From positions 42,578-106,577 of the forward strand of contig MFOT01000024.1 in the NCBI GenBank assembly GCA_001782475.1: a stretch of 64,000 bases of DNA. The letters are read 5' to 3'. How positions within the stretch are numbered: the first letter of the stretch is position 1; each line of letters begins with the position of its first letter. Positions 36,455 through 46,161 of this stretch are shown here, piece by piece. The notes under the pieces are model-generated. The model saw only the letters and a list, made by a program, of their open reading frames with translations. It did no database searches and was not told the DNA's origin. The translations under genes were made by a program, and so were the position numbers. The stretch is from Candidatus Levybacteria bacterium RIFCSPLOWO2_01_FULL_38_21 (GTDB taxonomy: Bacteria > Patescibacteriota > Microgenomatia > Levybacterales > UBA12049).

Positions 36455-37249
36455 CTACTTTTTCCTAGGACCTCCTCGTCTTAAACTGACCCCGATAGAT
36501 TTTAATCTATTCGAAATTGTTTGACCGCTAACATGCATAATTTCTTCAATTTCTTCTAATGACTTATTATCATCGACATACAATTGCCTCATTAAGGATA
36601 AGTCTAAATCTAATTTTCTTCGACCTCCAGGTCTTGTTTTAACTCCGGCTTCGCTTAATCTTTGCAAAACAGTTTTAGCTGATATATCTAATGGCTTTGC
36701 TATTTCATCTGCAGACATTTCTTCAGCTATATATTGCCGAGCTAATAAATTAATATTGATTTTAATTTTTCTTCTTCCCCTTCTAGTTGGTGTACCAGCT
36801 GCTCTCAGTCGACCAGAGATAACGTCCTTACTGCAAGTCATCAGATCCGCTATTTCTCTCATTGTCTTTTCTTCTACGGTGTATAATCTGACTACCTCAT
36901 TTACATCTATATCGTCGCGTGGTCTGCCCGCATTCGTCTGTCTTTTTCCTTCCAACAATCTTCTAATTTTTCTTAACGCTCGGGCTTCTTTTTGTCTTAC
37001 TGCTTCTCTTGTTATATTCGTATCAGAACCTATATCAGAAAGGCTACGAGGCTTTCCCTCTCCTGGATAACGTTGTAGCAGAACTTCTTGCAAACCAGAA
37101 GGTAGTTCATCAATAAGCCCCTTTTCCTCTCCCGCTCTTACCAACTCTACATTCGCAGGTTTTAAAACTGGAACTCCTTTTATATATCCTCTTCTTTTTT
37201 GCATTGATTCACTTATTTCCCCCACAGGAGGACCTTCAATTCTTCCCAT
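36455..37249 (-). CDS. atypical DNA-binding protein: sigma-70 region-4-like N-domain plus three tandem HTH repeats
   Basis: N-terminus RSLSDIGSDTNITREAVRQKEARALRKIRRLL resembles sigma region 4. It is followed by three ~40-aa repeats of the form E(E/M)..(E/D)IA..(L/M)..S..T(V/I)..RL...G(V/T)..R.GG.RK. Confidence 0.4.
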   Translation of the reverse strand: MGRIEGPPVGEISESMQKRRGYIKGVPVLKPANVELVRAGEEKGLIDELPSGLQEVLLQRYPGEGKPRSLSDIGSDTNITREAVRQKEARALRKIRRLLEGKRQTNAGRPRDDIDVNEVVRLYTVEEKTMREIADLMTCSKDVISGRLRAAGTPTRRGRRKIKININLLARQYIAEEMSADEIAKPLDISAKTVLQRLSEAGVKTRPGGRRKLDLDLSLMRQLYVDDNKSLEEIEEIMHVSGQTISNRLKSIGVSLRRGGPRKK

Positions 37250-37300
37250 AAATTTATCTTATAGTATAACTTAGATGAGTTCTGAAGTCAACGATGGAAA

Positions 37301-37582
37301 TTATTGGCCGCCGCCCAAAAGGCCAGCAAGTCCTCCGCCCATTTGCGAAAGTTTTTTAGCCGCAACCTCTTGAGATTTTTTAATTGCTTCATTTATTGCC
37401 TCTTTTATGTCGTTGTCGGACATGCCGTTAGTATTTAGTTCTTTAATTTTCTGATCACCGGTAATTAGAATATCGACTCCGTTTTTTGATACACTTACCT
37501 CCTCTGACTGCAATTCCCTTTGAATTTGCATAGCCTGATCTCTCATTTTCTTTAAATCCTGCAACTTTTGAAATGGATTCAT
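37301..37582 (-). CDS. ybaB: nucleoid-associated protein YbaB/EbfC
   Basis: 93 aa, MNPFQKLQDLKKMRDQAMQIQRELQ; conserved dnaX-ybaB-recR context. Confidence 0.8.
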   Translation of the reverse strand: MNPFQKLQDLKKMRDQAMQIQRELQSEEVSVSKNGVDILITGDQKIKELNTNGMSDNDIKEAINEAIKKSQEVAAKKLSQMGGGLAGLLGGGQ

Positions 37583-37595
37583 AAAATCACCTCCC

Positions 37596-39065
37596 CTAAG
37601 ATTTTAACATAACCGAAACCGGAATTCTTTTTCCGCCGATCTGAAATAGAGCCTTTTCTATTATTTCCTTTGATTTTTTTTCATCCAGTTTTTCTTTGTG
37701 AAATTTAAATCTTGCTTCAATAACGAACTTTTTTTCATTATAACTTTTAAGACTGCAGCCTCTAAGAACTCCGGCAATAGAATGGTTTTGCGATTTAACT
37801 TTATTGATCAGCTCATGCCATAGAGTATTGTTACTTTGCCCATCTGAAGGAGAACTGAACGCCGACTTAGATTTATTTTCGAAATTCTTTTTTTCTGATT
37901 GTCGGCGTTCACTTAGCGAGCGGGGATTTTGTCGAGATTGTAATAAATCATTGCGAGCGTCTCCTGCAGTATGCGGCAAAGTAACAGAAGACTGATCCTG
38001 CGTAGACCACTCTATAATCGCAATCTCCAAAGGCAGCTGGGGTAAAACAGAATATTTAAGTTTTGAATAAGCATTTGTCAATAAATCCATAAGCATTCTG
38101 ATATCCTCAATACTTAGAATATCCATACCTGATTGCTCCCCTGAAACACCAACTTTTACAAGCAGAAGCTCGTGAAGTTTAAGCATAAGCTTCTCTAGGA
38201 AATACTTCATATCAACGCCTGTTGTTGTAATTTTGTCAACAAGAAGCATTGCTTTTTTTACATTTTTTTCGGAAAGAAACTTAATCATTTCCCCTATTTT
38301 ATAATCTAAATTTACCGCCTGATGCATCTTTTCAACCGTCTCTTTTGTAATTTTTTTATTTCCAACCTCCGAATAAATTTCCTCTAAAATTTTTACTCCG
38401 TCTCTAAAACTGCCATCTGAAAATTCCGAAATCTTAAAGAGCGCCTCTTTGTCTACGGAAATCTTTTCTTTTTTGGCAATCCGCAAAAACGCGCGAACAA
38501 GTTCGTTCGCTGTTGCCTTTTTAAAGGCCATATGAAAACAGCGCGACGCAATGGTTTGGGGAACTTTATGAGGCTCAGTCGTGCAAAGTATAAAAATAAC
38601 ATGATTTGGAGGCTCCTCTAGGGTTTTTAACAAGGCGTTAAAGGCCTCTGTTGTAAGCATATGAACTTCATCTATTATGTAAACTTTTTTTAGTGCCTGG
38701 AAAGGAGACAATCTAATCTTTTCCCGAAGGTCTCTTATTTCATCTATTCCCCTGTTTGAAGCTCCGTCTATTTCCAAAACATCTATATTTGTTCCGTTTG
38801 TTATGGAGACACACTGATCGCATTTATTGCATGGCTCAACTGATAACTTACGGCTTTTAGCTGTCTGCTTTTGGTTAAGTTTTTCGCAATTGACCACTTT
38901 TGCAACTATTCGCGCAGCAGAGGTTTTACCAAGACCCTTGGGGCCTGTAAAAAGGAGAGCGTGAAAAGAAGAAGGTCTTGACAAAATATTAGTCAGTTTA
39001 TCTCTGACAACTTCACTATCCAGTTCTTCTATTGTTTGGGGTCTGTACTTGCGGTAAAAAACCAT
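37596..39065 (-). CDS. dnaX: DNA polymerase III subunit gamma/tau
   Basis: YRPQTIEEL ... LFTGPKGLGKTSAARIVAK (Walker A) ... zinc module CNKCDQC. Confidence 0.85.
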   Translation of the reverse strand: MVFYRKYRPQTIEELDSEVVRDKLTNILSRPSSFHALLFTGPKGLGKTSAARIVAKVVNCEKLNQKQTAKSRKLSVEPCNKCDQCVSITNGTNIDVLEIDGASNRGIDEIRDLREKIRLSPFQALKKVYIIDEVHMLTTEAFNALLKTLEEPPNHVIFILCTTEPHKVPQTIASRCFHMAFKKATANELVRAFLRIAKKEKISVDKEALFKISEFSDGSFRDGVKILEEIYSEVGNKKITKETVEKMHQAVNLDYKIGEMIKFLSEKNVKKAMLLVDKITTTGVDMKYFLEKLMLKLHELLLVKVGVSGEQSGMDILSIEDIRMLMDLLTNAYSKLKYSVLPQLPLEIAIIEWSTQDQSSVTLPHTAGDARNDLLQSRQNPRSLSERRQSEKKNFENKSKSAFSSPSDGQSNNTLWHELINKVKSQNHSIAGVLRGCSLKSYNEKKFVIEARFKFHKEKLDEKKSKEIIEKALFQIGGKRIPVSVMLKS

Positions 39066-39146
39066 AAGCTAAGATTTATGATTTATGAATTATGATTTAT
39101 GAATTTTAAAATGGTCAATGGTAAATGATAAATTGTCAATCGTTTG

Positions 39147-39533
39147 CTATTCATGGTTTATTCCAAGTAAGTGCATTATTCCGTGTTCTACAAGTTCTCC
39201 GATCTTTTCATCCACCAGAACTTCTTCAGCCGCTGCCTCTCTTATTACCTCAGGGTAGGATATAACAACATCACCCAAGAAAAGGACGTCGGAGGAAGTC
39301 CCAACTCTCTCTCCCTCGGCCTGGGAAAACGAAAGCACATTTCTTGTTTTATCTTCGCCTTTATATTTTTTACTAAGGGAGCGCATTTTTCTATCTCCGA
39401 CAATTGCAATAGAAACTTCAACTTTTCCTACAACTCCCTTTTTTTTTAATAAATTATTAACCAAGGATCTAATACGTTTTCTATTTATTTTATATCTGCT
39501 TTCTACAAAAATTGGGACTAAAACTTCTTCCAT
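39147..39533 (-). CDS. ybeY: rRNA maturation endoribonuclease YbeY
   Basis: HGIMHLLGINHE (HxxxHxxxxxH zinc motif). Confidence 0.8.
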   Translation of the reverse strand: MEEVLVPIFVESRYKINRKRIRSLVNNLLKKKGVVGKVEVSIAIVGDRKMRSLSKKYKGEDKTRNVLSFSQAEGERVGTSSDVLFLGDVVISYPEVIREAAAEEVLVDEKIGELVEHGIMHLLGINHE

Positions 39534-39534
39534 A

Positions 39535-39717
39535 TTAAATCCAGGTTTTCTTTATTCGTCTTGCTTCCTCTTGCTTTTGCTTGCGAGCCAAGGACGGTTT
39601 AAGATAAAATTCTCTTCTTTTTGCCTCTTGGATTATTCCTCCGGCAATTACTTTCCTTGAAAATTTTCGAATCAAAGACTCATCACTTTCTCCCGGCATT
39701 TTTTTAACAAATACCAT
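39535..39717 (-). CDS. rpsU: 30S ribosomal protein S21
   Basis: MVFVKKMPGESDESLIRKFSRKV...KRREFYLKPSLARKQKQEEARR. Confidence 0.8.
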   Translation of the reverse strand: MVFVKKMPGESDESLIRKFSRKVIAGGIIQEAKRREFYLKPSLARKQKQEEARRIKKTWI

Positions 39718-39779
39718 AAAAACACCCCCTTTTACCCGCCAAAGCCTTGGCGAAGGCGGGCTTACATTCTTTACCTATT

Positions 39780-40127
39780 TTACTCTATTGAAACCTTTTT
39801 TCCAAGAGGACCGATCAGGTGAAAATGGAGATGATTTATAATCTGCGCACCGCCCCCATTTACAATAATTTTGTATCCTCTGTCTTCCAGTTTTTGATTT
39901 TTGATTAATTTTTGGATAACAGTTTTTAATTTACCAAAAAGCAGATTGTCTTCGAGATCCAAAAAATCTACGATGTGTTTCTTGGGCATAATAAGAAGGT
40001 GGACAGGCGCGATCGGATTAATGTCCGGAAAAACCATCATTTCTTGATCTTTGTATATAAATTCTTTTAGAATTTCTTTCTTTGCGATTTTGCAAAAAAT
40101 ACAATCCATAAGCCAGTTACTAGCCAC
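39780..40127 (-). CDS. HIT-family (histidine triad) hydrolase
   Basis: CIFCKI... and HLHFHLIG histidine triad. Confidence 0.8.
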   Translation of the reverse strand: MASNWLMDCIFCKIAKKEILKEFIYKDQEMMVFPDINPIAPVHLLIMPKKHIVDFLDLEDNLLFGKLKTVIQKLIKNQKLEDRGYKIIVNGGGAQIINHLHFHLIGPLGKKVSIE

Positions 40128-40141
40128 TAGTTGCTAGTTGC

Positions 40142-41089
40142 TTAAATCTTTTCCAATACTTTAATTATTTCTGTCAAAGATAGCTTCGTTGGCTTCATTT
40201 TTGGATTTTTGACAGAGCCGTTTAAAAGCATTTTCCGACCGATATGAAGAAACCAAGTTGCTTGAGGGTCCATTTTTTTTAATCTTTCATAAACTAACGT
40301 CAAATCTATATTCTTGTTGATTGTTGATTGTTGATTGTTGATTGTTGATAAAGGCTTTGCCTTTATCCTAACATACCCTTTTCGCGGGTCTTTGCGAACA
40401 ACAATTACATATCCCATTTTTTGAGACAATTTTATAACGGTGTCATTAATCGTTTCAAAACCTATTCCACGGCCGTACCGCGTTTTAAATTTTTTTCCTT
40501 TTTCTTTAATCTCCCGCTCTGCCCAAATTCTGTTTTCAAATTCGTGCAAAACCGCATCAAGGCATTGCATTACGAAACCTACATAATATTCATCCTGATC
40601 GGGCCTTTGAACCTTAAGTCCATCTAAAATGCCTACTAGAGAAAATTCATGGTAATCCGCCGTTGGGTCTTTCCAAAAAACTTCTTTAAAATGATCAACA
40701 TCCACAACTACCTTAACCATTCTTCCTACAGCTTCCATCCGGTCTTTTACTCCTTCTGAACTCTGAATTCTGAACTCTGAATTCTGAACTCGTTTGACGA
40801 AGTCAAACGTAAGGCTTGCCGCACACACATTTGTATCGGCTACTTGATGATGATCCAAAGGACCAAGGCCCGTATCTACATGAATAACCTCATCATCTCC
40901 TATTTTCTCTATCGCATTGCGCGGGGAGCCCCGCCCGGGCGGGGCGACCTCAGCGCTTTTTCCAATTCGTTCTCCGGCTGGAACGAATCGGACGACCGCA
41001 TCTTCCCATCCCGGTAAAAATCTTTTTATAAGCCAAACAGAAGTTATCGCATCCAAATCCGGCGAACTATGCCCAATTATAATTTTCAT
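40142..41089 (-). CDS. DHH-family phosphoesterase (NrnA-like)
   Basis: MKIIIGHSSPDLDAITS and HVDTGLGPLDHH motifs; contains three in-frame repeat insertions (heptad STINNQQSTINK, ctgaact repeats, GC-rich palindrome). Confidence 0.65.
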   Translation of the reverse strand: MKIIIGHSSPDLDAITSVWLIKRFLPGWEDAVVRFVPAGERIGKSAEVAPPGRGSPRNAIEKIGDDEVIHVDTGLGPLDHHQVADTNVCAASLTFDFVKRVQNSEFRIQSSEGVKDRMEAVGRMVKVVVDVDHFKEVFWKDPTADYHEFSLVGILDGLKVQRPDQDEYYVGFVMQCLDAVLHEFENRIWAEREIKEKGKKFKTRYGRGIGFETINDTVIKLSQKMGYVIVVRKDPRKGYVRIKAKPLSTINNQQSTINKNIDLTLVYERLKKMDPQATWFLHIGRKMLLNGSVKNPKMKPTKLSLTEIIKVLEKI

Positions 41090-41194
41090 AAATTAAACTC
41101 AATAGTAAATGGTCGATTGTAAATTGTCAATTGTTAATTGTCGATGGCGGGGTTGACAAAAATAAAAAAATGAACCAATATATAATTACAGAGT

Positions 41195-41452
41195 ATGAAT
41201 CCTAAAACTGCGGATTTAGATCCAAAACTTAAAGAGACCTATGAGCGGGTAATGGGGACAGTAACTCCTACAGCATCAAATATGCCTCAAGCATCAACTG
41301 ATACTCCAAAACCTCAAACTCAAGTGGTTACGGCTAAGAACAGGGGAAGACTTTCTCCCATTCTTCTTGCGATTGTAATTGTTTTGTTTTTTATAATCTA
41401 TACTTTTGTCTGGACAATAGTTTTTAAACTAAAACTCCCCTTCTTACCCTAA
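41195..41452 (+). CDS. hypothetical small membrane protein
   Basis: C-terminal TM helix ILLAIVIVLFFIIYTFVWTIVF. Confidence 0.3.
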   Translation: MNPKTADLDPKLKETYERVMGTVTPTASNMPQASTDTPKPQTQVVTAKNRGRLSPILLAIVIVLFFIIYTFVWTIVFKLKLPFLP

Positions 41453-42742
41453 TCGTTTAATCGCTTGATCCACAGAAATAATCTCTGTCTTATCTTCATC
41501 TCTTTTTTTCCATTCCACTTGTCCTCCAGAGACTTTATCTGAGATTACAAGCCGAACGGGAATTCCGATTAAATCCGCATCCGCAAATTTCTCTCCAGCA
41601 CTCACATCTTCTCTATCATCATAAAGAACCTCAACTCCTGTTTTCACAAGCTTATCGTACACCTCGGAGGTGGCCGACTCGCCCGGCGAAGCCTTGGCGA
41701 AGCGAGGATGGACTCCTCCGAGGTGGATTAAATGGACCTGATAGGGCGCAACAGATTTTGGCCAAACAATCCCTTTTTTATCGTTGTGAACTTCAGCAAT
41801 TGCTCCCATTGTTCTTGATATTCCTATCCCATAACAACCCATAACAACATATTTTTCTTTTCCGCTTTTATCTTTAAAAGTAAGTCCGAATGCTTTGGAA
41901 AATTTGTCTTTAAGAGGAAAAATATTTCCTACCTCGATTGTCTTTACTTTTTTCAAAGGTCCATGGCCAAGATCACATTCCTTGCCTTCCTTAACTTTGG
42001 TGATTTCTGAATTTTGCGAAAAATCTCCGCTGGGACAATAAATAATCTCATCTTCTCCGTTCCCACAGATAACCTGAAACTCATGGGAAAATTTGGAAAA
42101 TGTCCCGCCTGAAGCAAGTGTTTCTATAGCATTAAGCCCCAATCTTGAAAAAGTTTTTTTATAGACCTTTTTCATCAGCTCATAATAATCCACTAGATCT
42201 TTTTCGCTTTGGTGGAATGAATAAAGATCTTTCATAAGAAATTCTCTTCCTCTTAAAAGTCCTGCCTTCGATCTTGCCTCATCCCGAAATTTATTCTGAA
42301 TTTGATAAAGTTTTAACGGAAGATCTCTGTATGAATTCGCAAAGTTTTTTACCAGAGGCACTAAGACCTCTTCATGAGTAGGACCTAAGGCATACTCAAA
42401 ATCATATCTGCTTTTAACTTTAAAAAGCGCGTCAAAAGAATCCCACCTTCCGGTTTTTTCCCAATTTGCTTTATTTTGAAAGGAAACTAATAGAAGTTCC
42501 TGCGCTCCTGTATTATCCATCTCATCCCGTATAATATTTGAGATTTTATTTAATACCCTAAGTCCTAAAGGCAGAAAATTATAAACTCCGGCAACTTCTT
42601 TTCTTATAAATCCTGCCTGAATTAACAATCGTGCATTTACCGAAGATTCATCTTTGGGGGATTCTTTTATTGTTTTACCAAAAAGCTTTGAATATAGCAT
42701 AGAATATCCTGAGTTTACCGAAGGATAAAACGAGTATAGCAT
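41444..42742 (-). CDS. proS: proline--tRNA ligase
   Basis: Class II aaRS motifs (GPTHEEVLVPL..., FRDE, GCYGIGISR); contains an in-frame GC-rich repeat insertion (GGVHPRFAKASPGESATSEV). Confidence 0.85.
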   Translation of the reverse strand: MLYSFYPSVNSGYSMLYSKLFGKTIKESPKDESSVNARLLIQAGFIRKEVAGVYNFLPLGLRVLNKISNIIRDEMDNTGAQELLLVSFQNKANWEKTGRWDSFDALFKVKSRYDFEYALGPTHEEVLVPLVKNFANSYRDLPLKLYQIQNKFRDEARSKAGLLRGREFLMKDLYSFHQSEKDLVDYYELMKKVYKKTFSRLGLNAIETLASGGTFSKFSHEFQVICGNGEDEIIYCPSGDFSQNSEITKVKEGKECDLGHGPLKKVKTIEVGNIFPLKDKFSKAFGLTFKDKSGKEKYVVMGCYGIGISRTMGAIAEVHNDKKGIVWPKSVAPYQVHLIHLGGVHPRFAKASPGESATSEVYDKLVKTGVEVLYDDREDVSAGEKFADADLIGIPVRLVISDKVSGGQVEWKKRDEDKTEIISVDQAIKRLG

Positions 42743-42743
42743 A

Positions 42744-43724
42744 TTATTTCTTCTTAACTTCCCTGCCCTGAGCTTTTATCCTGAGCGGAGTCGAAGGATG
42801 CCGAATGGGGTGGCCGCCGAAAGCGTTTCGAAGAGCAGAAATCATTTTTGCGGTAAAGGAATTTTGAATTTTTGGATTCTCTTGAGATCTTTTTCTAAAA
42901 TCAAGCGATCTTTCAATAATCTCAACCGGGACGTTTTCTTCTTTCGCCTGATCAATCGTCCAATCTGCTTCTCCCGAGCTTTCGATAAAACCTGAAGATT
43001 TTGATAAATTCGGATCTTTTTTTAAAACATCGACTACCCTATCAAGCATAAAGCCTGAAACCAGTGTCCCTTTTTGCCAAAGCTTTGCAACTTTAAGAAG
43101 ATCAAATTCGTACGGAGCTTTTTCTAAAACCTCAAACCCTTCCGAAAGACTTTGCATAATTCCATATTCTATTCCGTTATGAACCATTTTTATAAAGTGT
43201 CCTGCTCCTCCCTCTCCAAAATATTCATATCCTCCATTGGGTTTTGAGAGAGTATCCAAAATTGTAGTGATGTATTGATACGCTGAGACATCGCCGCCGA
43301 CCATTAGAGGGTATCCAGTTTTTTCGGCAATAATTCCCCCCGAAACTCCAATTCCCAAAAATCTTATCCCTTTTATCTTTAACTGCCTATATCTTCTTGC
43401 AGTATCTTTAAAATAAGAATTTCCTCCATCTATAATAATATCTTCTGTTTCTATAAATTTGACAACTTCATTTAAAGTACTCTCTGTTACGGAACCTGCC
43501 GGAAGCATTAACCAAATAACTCTTGGTTTTTCAAGACTTTTAACCATCCACTCTATAGTTTTAAATAGTCTGTATTTTGCGCCTTTAAAAGAAGCCAGTT
43601 TCGCTTCTAATTTTTTAAAAGGCTCCTCTGATCTATTCCATATTGAAACTTCGTGTCCGTCCAAGATAAGTTTTGCCACTATCCGACTTCCCATTTTTCC
43701 AAGTCCAATAAACCCGACTTTCAT
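42744..43724 (-). CDS. gnd: 6-phosphogluconate dehydrogenase, decarboxylating (short YqeC/GntZ-like form)
   Basis: MKVGFIGLGKMGSRIV NAD-binding N-terminus; 6PGDH C-domain; adjacent to zwf and pgl. Confidence 0.7.
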   Translation of the reverse strand: MKVGFIGLGKMGSRIVAKLILDGHEVSIWNRSEEPFKKLEAKLASFKGAKYRLFKTIEWMVKSLEKPRVIWLMLPAGSVTESTLNEVVKFIETEDIIIDGGNSYFKDTARRYRQLKIKGIRFLGIGVSGGIIAEKTGYPLMVGGDVSAYQYITTILDTLSKPNGGYEYFGEGGAGHFIKMVHNGIEYGIMQSLSEGFEVLEKAPYEFDLLKVAKLWQKGTLVSGFMLDRVVDVLKKDPNLSKSSGFIESSGEADWTIDQAKEENVPVEIIERSLDFRKRSQENPKIQNSFTAKMISALRNAFGGHPIRHPSTPLRIKAQGREVKKK

Positions 43725-43804
43725 AATTTCTAATTACTCCAATTCCTAATCAAATCTCAAATTTTATCAGTATTTATTCACTATTCTTAAATCTCAAATC
43801 TTAT

Positions 43805-45232
43805 TTAGAGCCATTTTCGCCCGTCTCTGTCGATAAGCTCTTGTGCTTCTTTTGGACCCCAAGTCCCAGGCGTATAAATTTTCAATTTAGAACCGTCTTC
43901 CTCCCATCCCTTTAAAATTTTTGTTATAAACTCCCAAGAACTTGCCAGCTCATCTGATCTATTAAAAAGCATCTGATCGCCTGAGAAAATGTCGATGAGC
44001 ACTTTCTCGTAAGCTTCCGTCCCTTTTGTCATGAACGATTCTTCATAAGTAAAATGCATATCTGCAGTTTCTAAAGCAAGTTTTGACCCGGGCTTTTTTG
44101 CAATAACTCGAAGATAAATCCCCTCATCGGGCTGAATTTTTATTGTCAACACATTTCCCATCTCAGGGCATCCGTATTCTTTAAACAATATGTGGCAGGT
44201 TTGAAGAAAGACAATTGAAATTGTTACCTCATCTTTTGGCATTTTTTTACCAGCTCTTACATAAAACGGGACTCCTGAGAGTCTTTCTGATTCGATATTG
44301 AACTTAAAAGCAACAAAAGTTTCGGTATTTGAGCCAGGCAATACATCTTTCTCTTTTATATAATCTTGATACTGACCCCTAACTACTTCTTTTGCTACTT
44401 CCTTGGGCTCAATGCATTTTATCGATCTTATTACTCTTGCTCTTTCGTCTCTTAAGTCTTCTTTTGTAAAACTTTTTGGCATTTCCATGCCAACTGCTGC
44501 AATAAGCTGCATCAAATGATTTTGCCCCACATCCCGAAGTATTCCCACTCCGTCAAAAAACTTCCCTCTTGCCTCAACCCCTTTTTTCTCGGCAAATGTT
44601 ATCTGCACATGGTCTATAAAGTTTTTATTCCAAACAGGTTCAAAAATTCCGTTCGCAAAGCGGAAGGCAAGCATATTCTGTAAAGTCTCTTTCCCCAGAT
44701 AATGATCTACTCTAAAGATTTGTTTTTCCTCAAAAATTTTTGAGAGTTTTTTATCTAAAGTTATTGCGGTTTCCAGATCTTTTCCAAAAGGTTTTTCGAT
44801 GATTACACGCGTCCATTTGTTTGATCCCTGACCGCAACCTTCGGCAAGTTCTGTGGATGAGAGAAAATTTAAAATCATTTCATAATTCTCTGGAGGCGTT
44901 GCGAGATAAAAAAATCGAGTGATACAAGCTCCCATTTTCTTATCGAATGAGTTTAATTTTTTAATAAGCCCTAGATATCCTTGCTCTTTTGTAAAATCTC
45001 CTTTTTGATAATAGAGATGCTTTGAAAAATCTGACCATTCCGGCTTTTGAGAAAGTTCCCCAAAATGCTCTCTGAATTCATCATCTGAAAGCTCTCGTCT
45101 TGAAAAACCAACAATATAAAAATCTTTTGGCAAAAAGTTTTGATTAAAAAGAGTAAGAAGAGCCGGCATAAGGCGGTTTTGAGACAAATCTCCGGTTGCG
45201 CCAAAAATAACCATTACAAAAGCTGATTGCAT
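43805..45232 (-). CDS. zwf: glucose-6-phosphate 1-dehydrogenase
   Basis: IFGATGDLS and RVDHYLGKE signatures. Confidence 0.9.
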   Translation of the reverse strand: MQSAFVMVIFGATGDLSQNRLMPALLTLFNQNFLPKDFYIVGFSRRELSDDEFREHFGELSQKPEWSDFSKHLYYQKGDFTKEQGYLGLIKKLNSFDKKMGACITRFFYLATPPENYEMILNFLSSTELAEGCGQGSNKWTRVIIEKPFGKDLETAITLDKKLSKIFEEKQIFRVDHYLGKETLQNMLAFRFANGIFEPVWNKNFIDHVQITFAEKKGVEARGKFFDGVGILRDVGQNHLMQLIAAVGMEMPKSFTKEDLRDERARVIRSIKCIEPKEVAKEVVRGQYQDYIKEKDVLPGSNTETFVAFKFNIESERLSGVPFYVRAGKKMPKDEVTISIVFLQTCHILFKEYGCPEMGNVLTIKIQPDEGIYLRVIAKKPGSKLALETADMHFTYEESFMTKGTEAYEKVLIDIFSGDQMLFNRSDELASSWEFITKILKGWEEDGSKLKIYTPGTWGPKEAQELIDRDGRKWL

Positions 45233-45304
45233 ATTTATAATTTACTATTGACTATATACCATTTTAAATCATAAATGGTCAATGATAAATGGTCAATTAT
45301 ATTT

Positions 45305-46135
45305 CTATAACTTTTGATCTGTAATTAAAAGAGTTTTTTTGGAAACTTGGGGAGTTTTTAGAAATCTAGCCGGAATTTCTTCTATTGGTCCTTTCGAAAA
45401 CAAAAGCTCTAAGGCCTTCTTCTTTTCCTTTCCAAAAACAAGAAGAATTAAAAGATCCATTTTTGAAAGGGCATGAATTGTCAAAGTGATTCTTTCCCCA
45501 AAGCCAAAAGGCGGAGCCGGAGAACCTTCTTTTGACATTGACTTAGGATCTCTAAATTCCGAAACAAATAAATTTTTTCTTTCTCTTTTGAAAAGTGGAT
45601 TTTTAAAGTCAGGCCGATTTGGAGCGATACTTGCAGTATGACCATCGACTCCTAGGCCTAAAATCGAAATGCATTTTGGAAATTGTGTAAATAATTGACT
45701 CACAATGCTATTATATCTCTCCGCCACCTTCCTTCTTTTCCTCATATTTGTATCTCCACCCTTGGGGTGGAATCGTAGGTCTTGGTGAAGGATTGGGAAA
45801 AACGGAATGTGCTCAGATGCAAAATAACCAAGAAGTCCTGTTTTCTTAATTGATAGTTCATTGCTTATCCTATGAAGCGCTGGCCCAAATCGCTCATCTA
45901 CCATCGCAACTGTCCCGGGTTTTAAAATTTTCTCTTTTGCTAAGATTTGGTATAGAGGTTTTGGGGTGGACCCGCCTGACAAAAACAAAACAGTTCTTTC
46001 ATCAACAATTTTATATATCTCCCTTTTTGCAAGCTCAACCCCTGGGGTTGAGCCGTAAACTTTAAGTATTGAAATCCCATCTTTATTGTTGACCCCGATT
46101 GAATCGAGGTTGACTTTTGAACTTAAATTTTTCAC
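45305..46135 (-). CDS. pgl: 6-phosphogluconolactonase
   Basis: VLFLSGGSTPKPLY motif; GlcN6P-isomerase/6PGL fold. Confidence 0.75.
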   Translation of the reverse strand: MKNLSSKVNLDSIGVNNKDGISILKVYGSTPGVELAKREIYKIVDERTVLFLSGGSTPKPLYQILAKEKILKPGTVAMVDERFGPALHRISNELSIKKTGLLGYFASEHIPFFPILHQDLRFHPKGGDTNMRKRRKVAERYNSIVSQLFTQFPKCISILGLGVDGHTASIAPNRPDFKNPLFKRERKNLFVSEFRDPKSMSKEGSPAPPFGFGERITLTIHALSKMDLLILLVFGKEKKKALELLFSKGPIEEIPARFLKTPQVSKKTLLITDQKL

Positions 46136-46161
46136 TTTTAATTTTTAATTTTTAATTTATT

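Noticed and set aside
41153-41195. TTGACA ... TATATAAT promoter-like sequence upstream of the 85-aa ORF at 41195
   Set aside because: Spacing between the -35 and the best -10 candidate is 22 nt, outside the functional range; no support beyond AT-richness.
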